Below are positions 18,122 through 28,425 of a stretch of DNA of 64,000 bases, in pieces; the first letter of the stretch is position 1; each line of letters starts with the position of its first letter. The position numbers and the translations under genes were made by a program. Source of the stretch: an uncultured virus (IMG/VR IMGVR_UViG_3300024269_000036) (Duplodnaviria > Heunggongvirae > Uroviricota > Caudoviricetes); the IMG/VR virus record IMGVR_UViG_3300024269_000036, positions 1-64,000 of that record, one strand, 5' to 3'. Below the pieces are notes generated by a model, which made no database searches, was not told the DNA's origin, and saw nothing but the letters and a program-made list of their open reading frames with translations.

Positions 18122-18176
18122 ATCTTAACATATTTTATAATGAAAATAGTTATTTTATGGTTTATAGTAAACAAAA

Positions 18177-18200
18177 ACAGGTGCTTTTAAAAGCACCTGT
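18177..18200 (-). terminator. Intrinsic terminator after the lysis genes
   Basis: Palindrome ACAGGTGCTTTTAAAAGCACCTGT with a U tract on the minus strand. Confidence 0.7.
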
Positions 18201-18202
18201 CG

Positions 18203-18730
18203 TTATTTTTTAAATTTTAAATAGATTTTTACAATTCCAATTCCGACGACAATAACAAAGAACCCAAGCAGCCACCAATAAGTTTTAGGATATTTAACTT
18301 TCTCCACCTCCACTTCAACAGGCACCTCTTTTATTTGTATTGAATCACGATATACAATTTTTTCTTCTGTAATATACCTATCTTTATATACGATTTTCTC
18401 AGATATAACAGTATCTTTATTTTCCAAAGAATGGATTATCATTAACGAGGTTGTGTCAACATAAGCAGTTGATTTAGCCACGCTTGTTTCGAGATTGCTT
18501 GTGTCGATTTGTGAAATTATATCCATCACTTTTTCACGAGGGATTTGCACATAAATAATAGAATCAATAACTCTTGTGCTGTCTCGAAAAATAATGCTAT
18601 CACGTGTTGCCACATCGGTTTTATCGGTTACCGGCACATGTTTTATTGTTCCGCATCCTCCTAAAGATGCAAGCATTACAAAACTCACGAATATAGTCAA
18701 TAAAATGTTTTTTTTCATGTTTTTCTTCAT
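18203..18730 (-). CDS. Lipoprotein with C-terminal TM helix; candidate unimolecular spanin
   Basis: Signal peptide II with lipobox-like LGGC; C-terminal YWWLLGFFVIVVGIGIV; directly downstream of the endolysin. Confidence 0.6.
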   Translation of the reverse strand: MKKNMKKNILLTIFVSFVMLASLGGCGTIKHVPVTDKTDVATRDSIIFRDSTRVIDSIIYVQIPREKVMDIISQIDTSNLETSVAKSTAYVDTTSLMIIHSLENKDTVISEKIVYKDRYITEEKIVYRDSIQIKEVPVEVEVEKVKYPKTYWWLLGFFVIVVGIGIVKIYLKFKK

Positions 18731-18735
18731 TTTCT

Positions 18736-19272
18736 TCAGTTATTTTTTTTTTCTTCGGGGATTTCTTCCTCGAATGTATAATCAGCAAGTCTATTTAACC
18801 ATCCTTTTAGGAAAACCTCTTGACTTGGGTTATTTTTGCATATATTATAATAGAAGTTTTCGCGCTCTTTGTAAATCTTATCGAACAAAGGTTTCTGTTC
18901 CATTGAATTTAATGATGACATTGTAATTGGTCCTACAATCCCATCATCTTTGACGCCTAATATTTTCTGTATTTTTTTTGACACTGTTTTAACACCGCTC
19001 ATCCACGCCCAATCTACAATAATATTAGCAATGCTTTGGTTTTTAATGGAATCTCCACACATGGGGTCCCAATATCCATTTTTGAAAATTGCAAGCCATT
19101 CATCATCAGTAATACATTTAAGGTCGGTGCATGTTTTTGAATAACCGTAGAATTTTTGATAGGTTCCGATTGTTATCCCTTTCATGGTACACCTACCCTT
19201 ATCTGAAGGATGGTGAGAATATCCACCTTCCCATTTCAATATAAGTGGCATTAATTTTTCAGCGTTAGCCAT
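18736..19272 (-). CDS. Endolysin, glycoside hydrolase family 108 with C-terminal peptidoglycan-binding domain
   Basis: LKWEGGY..HPSDKG..T.KGIT, DDGIVGP.T, FLKGWLNR. Confidence 0.9.
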   Translation of the reverse strand: MANAEKLMPLILKWEGGYSHHPSDKGRCTMKGITIGTYQKFYGYSKTCTDLKCITDDEWLAIFKNGYWDPMCGDSIKNQSIANIIVDWAWMSGVKTVSKKIQKILGVKDDGIVGPITMSSLNSMEQKPLFDKIYKERENFYYNICKNNPSQEVFLKGWLNRLADYTFEEEIPEEKKNN

Positions 19273-19314
19273 ATTTTTTAGTTTTATAACAATAAATAGG
19301 AGAATAATTAAAAG

Positions 19315-19341
19315 AAAAAGGCGGTTTTAAACCGCCTTTTT
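19315..19341. terminator. Intrinsic terminator
   Basis: AAAAAGGCGGTTTTAAACCGCCTTTTT. Confidence 0.75.
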
Positions 19342-19358
19342 TATACAAAATGTTTATG

Positions 19359-20063
19359 TTATATTTTAATTCGTTCACCGTATTGTTGGTTGATTTCAAA
19401 CAAAAGGGAGAGTTCAAGAGCGCAGTGTCTAATATTTTCTCTTACTTCATCACAGTTATGGTCAATGTATCTTTCATCATAGGAAACAATCAGAAGCGCA
19501 AGAGGTTTATCTACACCTTCAATGGTGACAGCCGTAAAATGCTCTACGCCGCTTGCCTTAAGTCTATAACAGAATGAGCGGTCAATGTCTTCCATATCAT
19601 GAATATCCCCACACCAATATCCTGTTGTCGCCATGTGGCTTGCAAATGGCATTAAACTTAAATTGATTTCAGCATAATCATGGGCAATGGGCATGACGCC
19701 AACATTTATTGCTTCATAAGTTGCAGAACATTTACGAAAAGGGAGACCCGTTACACTTTCAGTACCATTATGATATTCGAGAATAAAGACACGTGCACTA
19801 TTTGTTTTAAAGTTCAGTTTTTCTATAATTGTGTGAATTTTCATATCAATATGTTCACGGTCAATCATTGCCACCTCATGTTGTTTGTCCAACCAAGTTT
19901 GATATTGTTCGAAAATCCATGTTGGGTTTTTAATGAAGCCTATTGTTGCTGCAATAATCAATATATAGATAACTGCCTTAAAAATTGTCTTGAATTTGTA
20001 TTTCTCAACAATCTGCAGTGCTTTCTCAAACCAATTTAACCCTTTGTCAATCTTTTCTTCCAT
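19359..20063 (-). CDS. Single-TM protein with soluble C-terminal domain; candidate holin
   Basis: TM segment AVIYILIIAATIGF near the N-terminus; adjacent to the endolysin. Confidence 0.45.
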   Translation of the reverse strand: MEEKIDKGLNWFEKALQIVEKYKFKTIFKAVIYILIIAATIGFIKNPTWIFEQYQTWLDKQHEVAMIDREHIDMKIHTIIEKLNFKTNSARVFILEYHNGTESVTGLPFRKCSATYEAINVGVMPIAHDYAEINLSLMPFASHMATTGYWCGDIHDMEDIDRSFCYRLKASGVEHFTAVTIEGVDKPLALLIVSYDERYIDHNCDEVRENIRHCALELSLLFEINQQYGERIKI

Positions 20064-20071
20064 GATAACCC

Positions 20072-20887
20072 TTATTTCTTATAATTTCTTATATTATTCA
20101 GGGTTTCACGCACCCCATCATTATTTTCATACATCCTTCCTTGTGAAGTTGTTCTTGTTGTTTTTTCACCCAATTTGAAACCATACAGTGCTTTCATGCG
20201 TTCAATACTTTCGTTAACTTTCTTTTCATTAGTGTGTTCAAGAATGACAGCACTTTCTTTACCACTGTACTGATTTTTAGTCCATTCGAGAAGATATGTT
20301 TGGTCATTCATATCCTTCATCCTGAAACGTCGTCCTTCAATTTTCATTTCATCAGGAATCTTTGACATCATGTGTTCTTCAGTAAGGAATTCAGTCCTTT
20401 TGAATCTCACGGTTTTGACACTTTTTTCTTCATACATGTCTTCCTTTTTGAATGTTCCGTCAGGAAGTTCACGAGCCTGTAACCCTGATTTTTTCAAGTC
20501 TTCTTCCTTCTGATGAAGTTCCTGTCCTGCCTCTTTTGCCACTTTATAAAAATCATCACCAAATTCAGCATTTTTTTCAATGTCATTCTCTTCTTCAGCC
20601 TTGCTTGTATAACCTTTGGCTTGCGCGTGAACCCTTTCTTTATATTCTTTACCCGGGTCAGAATTGAATGTGTAATCGAGGGTTGTTTTGTTTTTATCTT
20701 CCTTTTTAGGAACATCATGTTTAACTTTCACCTCTTTTGCGTCAGTTTTGGTTTTGGCATCTTTGTAGGACTTTTCATTGTTTTTCTTGTTTTCGCTCTC
20801 AACGCCATCTCCAATTACAGGATTGAATTGGCCTTGACTTTCCTTGATGAGTTCTCTCATCCTTCCTACTGTAATACTTTTGTCCAT
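20072..20887 (-). CDS. Highly charged putative virion/internal protein
   Basis: 271 aa, K/E-rich; RELIKES and VNESIERMKAL motifs. Confidence 0.55.
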   Translation of the reverse strand: MDKSITVGRMRELIKESQGQFNPVIGDGVESENKKNNEKSYKDAKTKTDAKEVKVKHDVPKKEDKNKTTLDYTFNSDPGKEYKERVHAQAKGYTSKAEEENDIEKNAEFGDDFYKVAKEAGQELHQKEEDLKKSGLQARELPDGTFKKEDMYEEKSVKTVRFKRTEFLTEEHMMSKIPDEMKIEGRRFRMKDMNDQTYLLEWTKNQYSGKESAVILEHTNEKKVNESIERMKALYGFKLGEKTTRTTSQGRMYENNDGVRETLNNIRNYKK

Positions 20888-20897
20888 TGTTTATAGT

Positions 20898-21092
20898 TTA
20901 ATATAATTTATAGTTTCTACCTTGTCCTGTGTTTATTTCCATTCCCGCCATAAATTGTCTGTAAACCAATTTTTTCATTTTTTCTTCATCGGGAATGATT
21001 TGTTGCTTTTCATCCTCAAGTTCCTCAGCAATTTTCATTATTTTTTTTGCTGCATCAGGATTTATATTGGAATAATAGTCAAATCGTGTCAT
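20898..21092 (-). CDS. Hypothetical protein
   Basis: 64 aa; overlaps the upstream stop codon. Confidence 0.6.
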   Translation of the reverse strand: MTRFDYYSNINPDAAKKIMKIAEELEDEKQQIIPDEEKMKKLVYRQFMAGMEINTGQGRNYKLY

Positions 21093-21715
21093 TTTTTACC
21101 GTCCTCCACAGAAGTTTTAATCAAGTCCTTATGATTGTATGTAGGGTCATCATCCTTTTCAAAAGGTGGAGCATCATAACCGAAATCACCTATTGCAGTA
21201 TCCATTACAGCCTCCTCTTTCAATGCTTGGAGCCTGTCATATTGTTCTTGTGTGACGTAAATTGTTTTTCGCCTGAGTGGTTTACCAAAAAGAGGCTGTT
21301 CAAAAGCACCTGAAGCATCTGCAGATGTTGCACCGCCATCCTCCTCATTAATTACACAACCATCAGCGATGTTGATTTCAAATAGTTTAGTATAAAGCCT
21401 TTTGATTTTTCTTTCAAAGTTCTGACGAGGGATTTTGTATGAAATTGTAAATTGGTCTTTATCCCCTGAACTGTCGATTTTTTCATCTTTAATAATAACC
21501 CCGTTATCAATAAGCAATGATAATGCTTTTTCACCATCTAACCCATTAGCAATAAGAAAAGCATCGGGTTTTGCATATATGGGGTCGGTTAAAAGTTGTT
21601 TTAGATACGCCTTGATATGAGACATGAAACTGAAGAAGGTGACTTCCTCATTAATCATCTCAATATTTTTTCTCAAGGCATTAACCTGAGACTCATTTAT
21701 AAGTATGGTTCTCAT
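21089..21715 (-). CDS. Putative virion protein with repeated INE(E/S) motifs
   Basis: MRTILINESQ, MINEE, VINEE, KTIYVTQEQY..L..LKEE. Confidence 0.6.
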   Translation of the reverse strand: MRTILINESQVNALRKNIEMINEEVTFFSFMSHIKAYLKQLLTDPIYAKPDAFLIANGLDGEKALSLLIDNGVIIKDEKIDSSGDKDQFTISYKIPRQNFERKIKRLYTKLFEINIADGCVINEEDGGATSADASGAFEQPLFGKPLRRKTIYVTQEQYDRLQALKEEAVMDTAIGDFGYDAPPFEKDDDPTYNHKDLIKTSVEDGKK

Positions 21716-21721
21716 GTTTTA

Positions 21722-21901
21722 TTATCTCTTAAGTTCTGATTCGTAAGAAGATTTCCTTTGCCAAAGCACACGAAAGAGGTCAGTAACCACATCAGTTGTG
21801 ATTTCTTTGATTCGTTTTTCAAATTCTTTATCACGCTTGATTAACTGCATGACATCATCTCTGTCGAACTCCTCTCTTATATGTTTTTTACAGTTTTTCA
21901 T
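21722..21901 (-). CDS. Small protein missed by the ORF track (59 aa, MKNCKKHIREEFDRDDVMQ...LWQRKSSYESELKR)
   Basis: Hand-translated ATG-to-TAA ORF filling the gap; TATTTAT motif 20 nt upstream on the minus strand. Confidence 0.7.
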   Translation of the reverse strand: MKNCKKHIREEFDRDDVMQLIKRDKEFEKRIKEITTDVVTDLFRVLWQRKSSYESELKR

Positions 21902-21941
21902 TTATCTTTTTCTATTACTGATAAATAGCAATATAAAACTA

Positions 21942-21969
21942 AAAAACCACTCATTTCTGAGTGGTTTTT
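21942..21969. terminator. Intrinsic terminator
   Basis: AAAAACCACTCA-TTTC-TGAGTGGTTTTT. Confidence 0.75.
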
Positions 21970-21974
21970 GTTAT

Positions 21975-22487
21975 TTAATTTTTCCTAACAAGATTTTCAA
22001 GTTGTTCCAATTCTTTAGCGGATGTTTGCCATTGGGTTTTCCAATTATTATAAAATCCCATTAACTTATTGAGAGTCTTTAAGTTTTCTTTATTAAGAAT
22101 TAAACCATCGGCCCACATGAAACAACCATCGCCTGTGTTATTTTTCAACACAAACTGCCATTTTAAATTATTAAGGCTTGGTATTGTTCCAGAAAAAACC
22201 ATATTACCGGTTTCAGGCATATAGATAAGTGGACTATCTGCAGGATTTTCTTCATTTGGCTTAGTAAACTGTGCACCACTATCAACTGAAGATAAGAACT
22301 GATTCATTTGGTTTGTCAGAACATTATCACCGAATTTAGGGTCATCGGTTATTGCAATCGCACTTTCAATTGTTTGTGCCTCAGCCTCTTCCTTGATGAG
22401 TCCTTTTTTTGCCTCCGTATTTTCTACAATTCCGCGACGTATAGCATCAAGCATATCACATGCGGTTGAATAACTACTTTTTGCCAT
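21975..22487 (-). CDS. Hypothetical (putative virion) protein
   Basis: Likely start MAKSSY; contains LIKEE. Confidence 0.65.
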   Translation of the reverse strand: MAKSSYSTACDMLDAIRRGIVENTEAKKGLIKEEAEAQTIESAIAITDDPKFGDNVLTNQMNQFLSSVDSGAQFTKPNEENPADSPLIYMPETGNMVFSGTIPSLNNLKWQFVLKNNTGDGCFMWADGLILNKENLKTLNKLMGFYNNWKTQWQTSAKELEQLENLVRKN

Positions 22488-22501
22488 TTTATTAATATTT
22501 T

Positions 22502-22864
22502 TTAATATGCTATGCCATTCCAAACGTTAGTAAAACGAGGATTCGCTTTCTTAACCTTCTCAACAACTTTTGTGATTTCAGGATATTTTTCTTCCATCTC
22601 GTTAATTTTTTCCGCTACTGTTGCAACGAGTTCATCTACTTTTTTTAACTCATTGTCAATAATTTCTTCAACTTCCTCCGGTTCTGAAGCCATAATTGTT
22701 TCAATAACATTTTCTGCAGGTTGCAGGTTTTCCATCTGTTCTTTTATGTCTGAAATTTCATTTTCAACTTGCGTTTCAATTTCAGTTTGTATCTGCTGTT
22801 CCATTAATGTCACCTCAGACTGAACCTCAGGGGTTTCAGTTGTCTTTGTACTCTTTTTAACCAT
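22502..22864 (-). CDS. Acidic coiled-coil hypothetical protein
   Basis: Likely start MVKKST; Glu-rich. Confidence 0.6.
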   Translation of the reverse strand: MVKKSTKTTETPEVQSEVTLMEQQIQTEIETQVENEISDIKEQMENLQPAENVIETIMASEPEEVEEIIDNELKKVDELVATVAEKINEMEEKYPEITKVVEKVKKANPRFTNVWNGIAY

Positions 22865-22878
22865 TTTCAAAACAAAAT

Positions 22879-23592
22879 TTATCTTTTATAAATATCTTTA
22901 GAAAAGCAATTCTCAAGTGCCGAAACACGTAGTTTTTTCATTGCTTTTTCATATATCTGTCTAACTCGTTCTTTAGTTAATCCCAATTCATTTCCAATTT
23001 CTTCTAATGTTTTAGGCTTGCGTTCACCAATGCCGCTATATTTAGTAACAATGAATTGTTCTCTTGGGGTTAAATCTTTTAAGAGAAGGTTTACAACTGT
23101 ATTAATATCCTTTTCTCTTTCAGATTCAGAGTTATCTTCAATGTAGATATCATCACTCATTTTTTCATCAATGTAATCAGCCTCCTCATAGGTTTCCAAT
23201 TCATTGTATTCAACAGGCAATTCTTCTGAGGGGAGAGAATTTCTTTTCTTAAGGGCTGATAATATCGACTCCCTAATCCAATTTACTGCATAAGATATAA
23301 ATTTATTACCAAGTTCAGGTTCAAATTTATCTGCAGCCTTAAAAAGCCCTGCATTCGCTTCTTGAATTAAATCAGAATATGATAATCCAAGCCCTTTATA
23401 ATTTTTCGCAATATTTGCAGCGAATTTCAGATTTGATTGAACCAACTTATTTCGTGCATTTACATCTTTTTTTTCTCTCCATCTTTTTGAGAGTCTTCTT
23501 TCTTCAGCCCTTGTTAAGGGCTTAGTGTTTGTTATGTCTTTAAAATAATATCCTGCGTTTACGTCATAGATATTATTAAAATCTTTTAACAT
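22879..23592 (-). CDS. Phage-encoded sigma-70 family RNA polymerase sigma factor
   Basis: Region 2 LVQSNLKF..IAKNY...DLIQEAN.GL.KA.DKF...FISYAV.WIR; region 4 TLEEIGNELGLTKERVRQI. Confidence 0.92.
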   Translation of the reverse strand: MLKDFNNIYDVNAGYYFKDITNTKPLTRAEERRLSKRWREKKDVNARNKLVQSNLKFAANIAKNYKGLGLSYSDLIQEANAGLFKAADKFEPELGNKFISYAVNWIRESILSALKKRNSLPSEELPVEYNELETYEEADYIDEKMSDDIYIEDNSESEREKDINTVVNLLLKDLTPREQFIVTKYSGIGERKPKTLEEIGNELGLTKERVRQIYEKAMKKLRVSALENCFSKDIYKR

Positions 23593-23618
23593 TACATTCT
23601 CATGTTTCTTTTTTTATT

Positions 23619-26009
23619 TTAAACAGCCTTTTGGCTAATTGACGATATCTGATTCTCTTTTCTTACCGTTATGATTGACGTGTGCCAATCTATAATCTGA
23701 TTAAGGTGGGTTATGTGGAGGACAACACTATAATCTTTTACTATACGGTCAAACAAAAGTTTGATATTTTCATAGTTTTCCTGTGCTACACCACCAAGTA
23801 CCTCATCAAGAAGAAGAATTGACGGACGGCTTAATGTCGAAATGTTCCCAAGAACAACTCTCAAAGCCAATGCCGCTGCAGTCTGTTCAAATCCTGAACC
23901 ACCTGACAATTTTGTAACGGTGTTATTTCTTACAAGATTAAACGCAACATCATTGTGGTCGTCAATGACAACTTCAACATCAAAATCACAAACTCCTGAG
24001 AGAAGACGTTTAAGTTCTCCGTTTATCAGAGGTAGAGCCTGACGTAAAACCATTTTTCCAATACCATTCTTACCAACAAGAGTGAGATATATTTTCCACG
24101 TCTTGACAATTTTTTCCTCATTGTCAATCTGAGAAATTATGTTTTCTCTATTTTTAATGTTGTCTTGAAGAGTTTTATTTTCATTTTCAAGGCCATTTAT
24201 TTGAAGGAGAAGATTATCTCTAATACCCTCTTCAGTTTTTAATGAAACATTAAGGACATTAAGTGAATTTTCTATCTTATTATTCGCTTCAATTACAGCC
24301 TTATTGTCTTCAAGGGCTTTCATTGTCTGCCTGAGGTCTTTAAGTTTAAGTCTAAGAACCTTTAAATCAGCATCATACTTATCAATAAGTATTGATAAAC
24401 GACTTTTTTCATTAAAAAGACGACGATTTTCGTCCATTTTAACGATATTTTCCTTAATTTCGTTTAATTTCCCGTTCTTTTTCTCCCCATCACTGATAAG
24501 AGTTTTAATTTTTTCTTCGTTTTCTGCAATTGTTGCGCTATAATTAACCCCTTCAAGTTTTCTTTTACATGTGGGGCAATACTCTGAAGCAGCGAGATTT
24601 TTATTTGTCTCGCGGAGTTGACGTATTGTATTTTTAATACCGTTTATTTCAACAGCAAGATTTTCCCTTTTATTTTGCAGGTCCTGATATTCGTTTTCGG
24701 AGAATTCAACATTAGCAATTGCATCAAGGTCGTTTTTCGTTTTATCCATTAATGCCTTTGTCTGTTTTCCTTTCTCAGTGACATCTTCAATTTGACGCTC
24801 AATTGTATGCACATCTACTTTGGTAAGGGAGGAGTCAACTTCTCTCTTGGCTGAAAGAAGTGCTTCTTTTTGTTTAGCCAATTCATCGCATCTCTTGGTA
24901 GAGTCAGTGTGTTTTACTTTAGTCTCATCAATTCTTTTACTATTATCTTCGATAGAGAGATTAAATGCATCAATTTCAGTTTTCAACACTTCACGACTAT
25001 ATATGTTGGAAAGAAGTGACTTTGATATTTCTTTATTCCACTTCTCACGTGCGATGGCATCTTTTTCCTCAAGAGGTAGAAGACCAATCCATTTAGAAAG
25101 AAGACGCCCCCTTTCAGTATCCTTAAGGGAAATTAAAGACTTAAGATTGTCGGAATTAGCACAAATTACGAGGTCAAAATCTTTTTCGTTACCAATAGCC
25201 TCTTTAATGATTTTAGTTGTTTGAACATTATTCTCACCTTCCATGTTTTCAATATCGTCAAGAACCTGTTCTTCACCGTTGACGACTTTGAAATATTCCA
25301 CCTTCTGCGTAACCTTGCTTTTTGCTGTACGTCTTTTATGTGCGGGGCGAGTAAGTGTGCGCCTAATGATATAATCTTCACCGTCTATTTCAATACAACC
25401 TTCAACCTTAACTTCTGTTGTTTCCGGACGATATCTATTAAAGATACCTGCAAGGTCGTCAGCCTTACCCGAGGTTGTCTTACCAAAGAGTACGAAATGA
25501 AGAAGGTCATATGCAAAAGTAGATTTACCGCTCTGATTAGCAGGTTCACCATTAAGAAGAACCAAACCATTCAAAGTTGTAAAATCAAAAAAGTTATCAT
25601 CTCCATAAGAAAGGAAATTTGACCACTTTAACCACTTGATTTCATATCTCTTGAACTTATCATATACCTCATAATCTATGAGGGAGTTAATATGACTGTC
25701 GATTTTAATGATTTCATTAAAATCATAATCCTCGATATTGTTTTCATCAAGATATGCTTGGAAAAGTTGCTGTTGAAATTTAGGGTCCTGAATGTTTTGT
25801 ATTGTGTCATTGGTCAATGCAACCTTTTCTCCTTTATTATTTAAGGAGATAAAAATAGGAACAATTTCTACATTCTTTGATGGAACACCGTATTTCTTTG
25901 CGACGTTTTCTCTGATACTTTCTTCTTTTTCCTTTGAAAAATCAACAGGAAGCACTTTCCATTCAATTGTTATTTTGGCGTTTTCGCCAATTTTCAAATC
26001 TTTAGCCAT
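23619..26009 (-). CDS. sbcC: SbcC/Rad50-like SMC ATPase (gp46-like)
   Basis: NFLSYG, Walker A NQSGKST, Zn-hook CPTC in coiled coil, SGFE signature, Walker B LLLDE, ITH. Confidence 0.9.
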   Translation of the reverse strand: MAKDLKIGENAKITIEWKVLPVDFSKEKEESIRENVAKKYGVPSKNVEIVPIFISLNNKGEKVALTNDTIQNIQDPKFQQQLFQAYLDENNIEDYDFNEIIKIDSHINSLIDYEVYDKFKRYEIKWLKWSNFLSYGDDNFFDFTTLNGLVLLNGEPANQSGKSTFAYDLLHFVLFGKTTSGKADDLAGIFNRYRPETTEVKVEGCIEIDGEDYIIRRTLTRPAHKRRTAKSKVTQKVEYFKVVNGEEQVLDDIENMEGENNVQTTKIIKEAIGNEKDFDLVICANSDNLKSLISLKDTERGRLLSKWIGLLPLEEKDAIAREKWNKEISKSLLSNIYSREVLKTEIDAFNLSIEDNSKRIDETKVKHTDSTKRCDELAKQKEALLSAKREVDSSLTKVDVHTIERQIEDVTEKGKQTKALMDKTKNDLDAIANVEFSENEYQDLQNKRENLAVEINGIKNTIRQLRETNKNLAASEYCPTCKRKLEGVNYSATIAENEEKIKTLISDGEKKNGKLNEIKENIVKMDENRRLFNEKSRLSILIDKYDADLKVLRLKLKDLRQTMKALEDNKAVIEANNKIENSLNVLNVSLKTEEGIRDNLLLQINGLENENKTLQDNIKNRENIISQIDNEEKIVKTWKIYLTLVGKNGIGKMVLRQALPLINGELKRLLSGVCDFDVEVVIDDHNDVAFNLVRNNTVTKLSGGSGFEQTAAALALRVVLGNISTLSRPSILLLDEVLGGVAQENYENIKLLFDRIVKDYSVVLHITHLNQIIDWHTSIITVRKENQISSISQKAV

Positions 26010-26014
26010 TAATT

Positions 26015-26428
26015 TTATAATTTACGTTTTTTACTTTTTTTTTCCGTTTGTTTTTGGGTTACTTTTATTTCTTCATAATAATTTTTCGGGACCTCTCCTT
26101 TGTAACGTTCAATATCACAATCATCATTAAAAATGGTTTTAGGTTCGTCTACAATTTGAATTTTTTTTTCCACCACTTCAGTTTGACTTATTGAATTGTT
26201 TCGCTCGTGGAGTATTGTGGTTGATTGGACATCAGAAAAACGCCCGTCTACTTCAGTATTATGAATTTTAGGTTTTAATGAAACCTCCCCAAATGGGGTT
26301 TCCCCATATTTTTCTACAGTAAATGATTTTTTAAGAAGTTTGTTGACAAAATCTTTCATCACCAAACCATTCATTCTACAATATTCTTTTATGTCATTAT
26401 GTAATTTATTTTCAATGTCAATTGTCAT
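26015..26428 (-). CDS. Hypothetical protein with ribbon-helix-helix-like N-terminus
   Basis: MTIDIENKLHNDIKEYC..NGL.MKDFVNKLLK; Bacteroidota -7 box at 26446-26453 on the minus strand. Confidence 0.55.
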   Translation of the reverse strand: MTIDIENKLHNDIKEYCRMNGLVMKDFVNKLLKKSFTVEKYGETPFGEVSLKPKIHNTEVDGRFSDVQSTTILHERNNSISQTEVVEKKIQIVDEPKTIFNDDCDIERYKGEVPKNYYEEIKVTQKQTEKKSKKRKL

Positions 26429-26523
26429 AACAAAAATATTTGTTGCAAATATAGTGATAAATTTTGATACTAACAACTTTACTTTTAAACTTTTTTAACT
26501 TATTTTTCTTTAAAAGATGTTGA

Positions 26524-27339
26524 ATGACTGAAGCAGATAATATACGAATTACCGAGAAAGATGACAAAATTCATCGTGTCATCTTGGGACTTGATATTAG
26601 TACCTCATGCATTGGGGCATCAATTGTTATTGATGACGGTGTAAGTAAACCTGAAATAGTAAAAATCACTCAGATTTCACCTAAAGTGCCTAAAGATATT
26701 AGTGGTATTGAGATTTTGTTTATTAAGAAACAAATTTTCGAGAATGAATTTATTGTACCATTAAAAGAATTTGGTATAACTGATGTTATAATTGAGGAAC
26801 CTCTCTTATCATCCAATAACATTTCGACTGTCGGTAAACTTATACGATTCAATGGTATGGTTTCAGAGGCAATATATCATCATCTTGGTATTGTCCCTAA
26901 ATTTATTTCATCATATGATTCTCGTGCTTTTTCTTTCCCTGAGTTGTGTTCAATAAGAAAATATAATAAAAAGGGAAAGGAATATCCTCTTGCACATATA
27001 AAGAAAGATATTAATTCAAATAATCTCGTTCTTTTTGGTGCCTATCCTTATGATATTGACAAGAAAGTCATCATGATGGACCTTGTAAATAACCTTTATC
27101 CTGATATTGAATGGTCAAGAAATGGTAAAGGGGAGATTAAAAAAGAAAATTATGATGCTTGTGATTCTTTGATTTGTGCATTAGCATACATTAATGTTAA
27201 TCGCTATGGAATTGAAAAACCTGAGATATTCAACCCTGATATTGAAAAAACTGATGGCGGCTACGTTATTAGATATTCAACAAAGATTTGGGGTAATATC
27301 TATGATAAACGTCTTGAACTTGGTAAGACTACTGAATAG
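26524..27339 (+). CDS. ruvC: RuvC-like Holliday junction resolvase
   Basis: ILGLDISTSCIG, VIIEEP, YDACDSL acidic motifs. Confidence 0.8.
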   Translation: MTEADNIRITEKDDKIHRVILGLDISTSCIGASIVIDDGVSKPEIVKITQISPKVPKDISGIEILFIKKQIFENEFIVPLKEFGITDVIIEEPLLSSNNISTVGKLIRFNGMVSEAIYHHLGIVPKFISSYDSRAFSFPELCSIRKYNKKGKEYPLAHIKKDINSNNLVLFGAYPYDIDKKVIMMDLVNNLYPDIEWSRNGKGEIKKENYDACDSLICALAYINVNRYGIEKPEIFNPDIEKTDGGYVIRYSTKIWGNIYDKRLELGKTTE

Positions 27340-27457
27340 GAAACCTACAGTCAATCTTGATATATTTTTGCACGAAGTCTTTCTTTTGGATTTTTCATAA
27401 GAGAGGCTTCTTTTTCTTAGTCTTTTACCTATTTATAAGAAATTAAATTAGTATACC

Positions 27458-28423
27458 ATGAGTTACTTAGGAGATATACGTGAAAATTCAATCGGCCCAA
27501 ACGGTGAACTTTGGGAGGGTGATAACAGGATAGAGGAACGTCATTATTGGAATGGTGCATATATTGACCTTTGCAACCTTCCGGGAGAAGAATATTCAAA
27601 AACTATTTTTATTACCAACGGTAGTGGTTCAGGTTCCGGTTCTGATTCTAATACCGGAGATACAACGCCTACAATACAAACCAAGGCAATGTCACTTGAG
27701 ATAGTGAATGGTGACGCTGTTGTTATGTTTGCGGGAACGACTGCTTCTGATATGTATGTGGCAATTTCTTACAATGGTGATGAACAATACACTGTTAAAA
27801 TAGAGAAAGGAACTTCAGGCGCTTCAGGAATTCAATTCGGGCTTGGGGATATTGCCTCTATTGAAAACTATGGTATTGGTGGTTCTGAAACCGATGCCCT
27901 TGCAGGTAAGAAAACTTATCAGGATGAGGAATTTAAGTATCAGATAACACTTAATGCACCGGTAGTTTTCCCAGTTGCATATCAAATTGCAGCCATGAAA
28001 GGGCATATTGATACTATGACAGATGAAGAAATTTTTGATGCAATATCTGTTATAGATAGCATAACAATGGAGAGTGAAAGTGCAACTGAGACATTTGTTG
28101 CTGATATTGAACCTATTGCAATAGAGGGTCTTGCAGAAATGTCCCCTGCTGAAATAACTGAGGTTCTTCTTAATAATGCTCAGGATATTATAATCATCAC
28201 TGACCGTGAGGTTGTTGATATTCTGGCTGCTTCCACAAACGATTCTGTTATTGAAGGATGGAATAAAAGGGAGCATGATGCAATAATTGATGGCGTTGCT
28301 TACCATGTATGGTATAAGACGGCTAACGACACAGAACTTTCTGCTGTCTATGACCCTGCAGTTCCTGAGGCTGTGATTGATATTCCAGAAGATTCAATAA
28401 CTTATATAATCAAATACGCATAA
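27458..28423 (+). CDS. Acidic putative structural protein
   Basis: 321 aa; TATTTATA at 27430; G/S linker. Confidence 0.6.
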   Translation: MSYLGDIRENSIGPNGELWEGDNRIEERHYWNGAYIDLCNLPGEEYSKTIFITNGSGSGSGSDSNTGDTTPTIQTKAMSLEIVNGDAVVMFAGTTASDMYVAISYNGDEQYTVKIEKGTSGASGIQFGLGDIASIENYGIGGSETDALAGKKTYQDEEFKYQITLNAPVVFPVAYQIAAMKGHIDTMTDEEIFDAISVIDSITMESESATETFVADIEPIAIEGLAEMSPAEITEVLLNNAQDIIIITDREVVDILAASTNDSVIEGWNKREHDAIIDGVAYHVWYKTANDTELSAVYDPAVPEAVIDIPEDSITYIIKYA

Positions 28424-28425
28424 AG

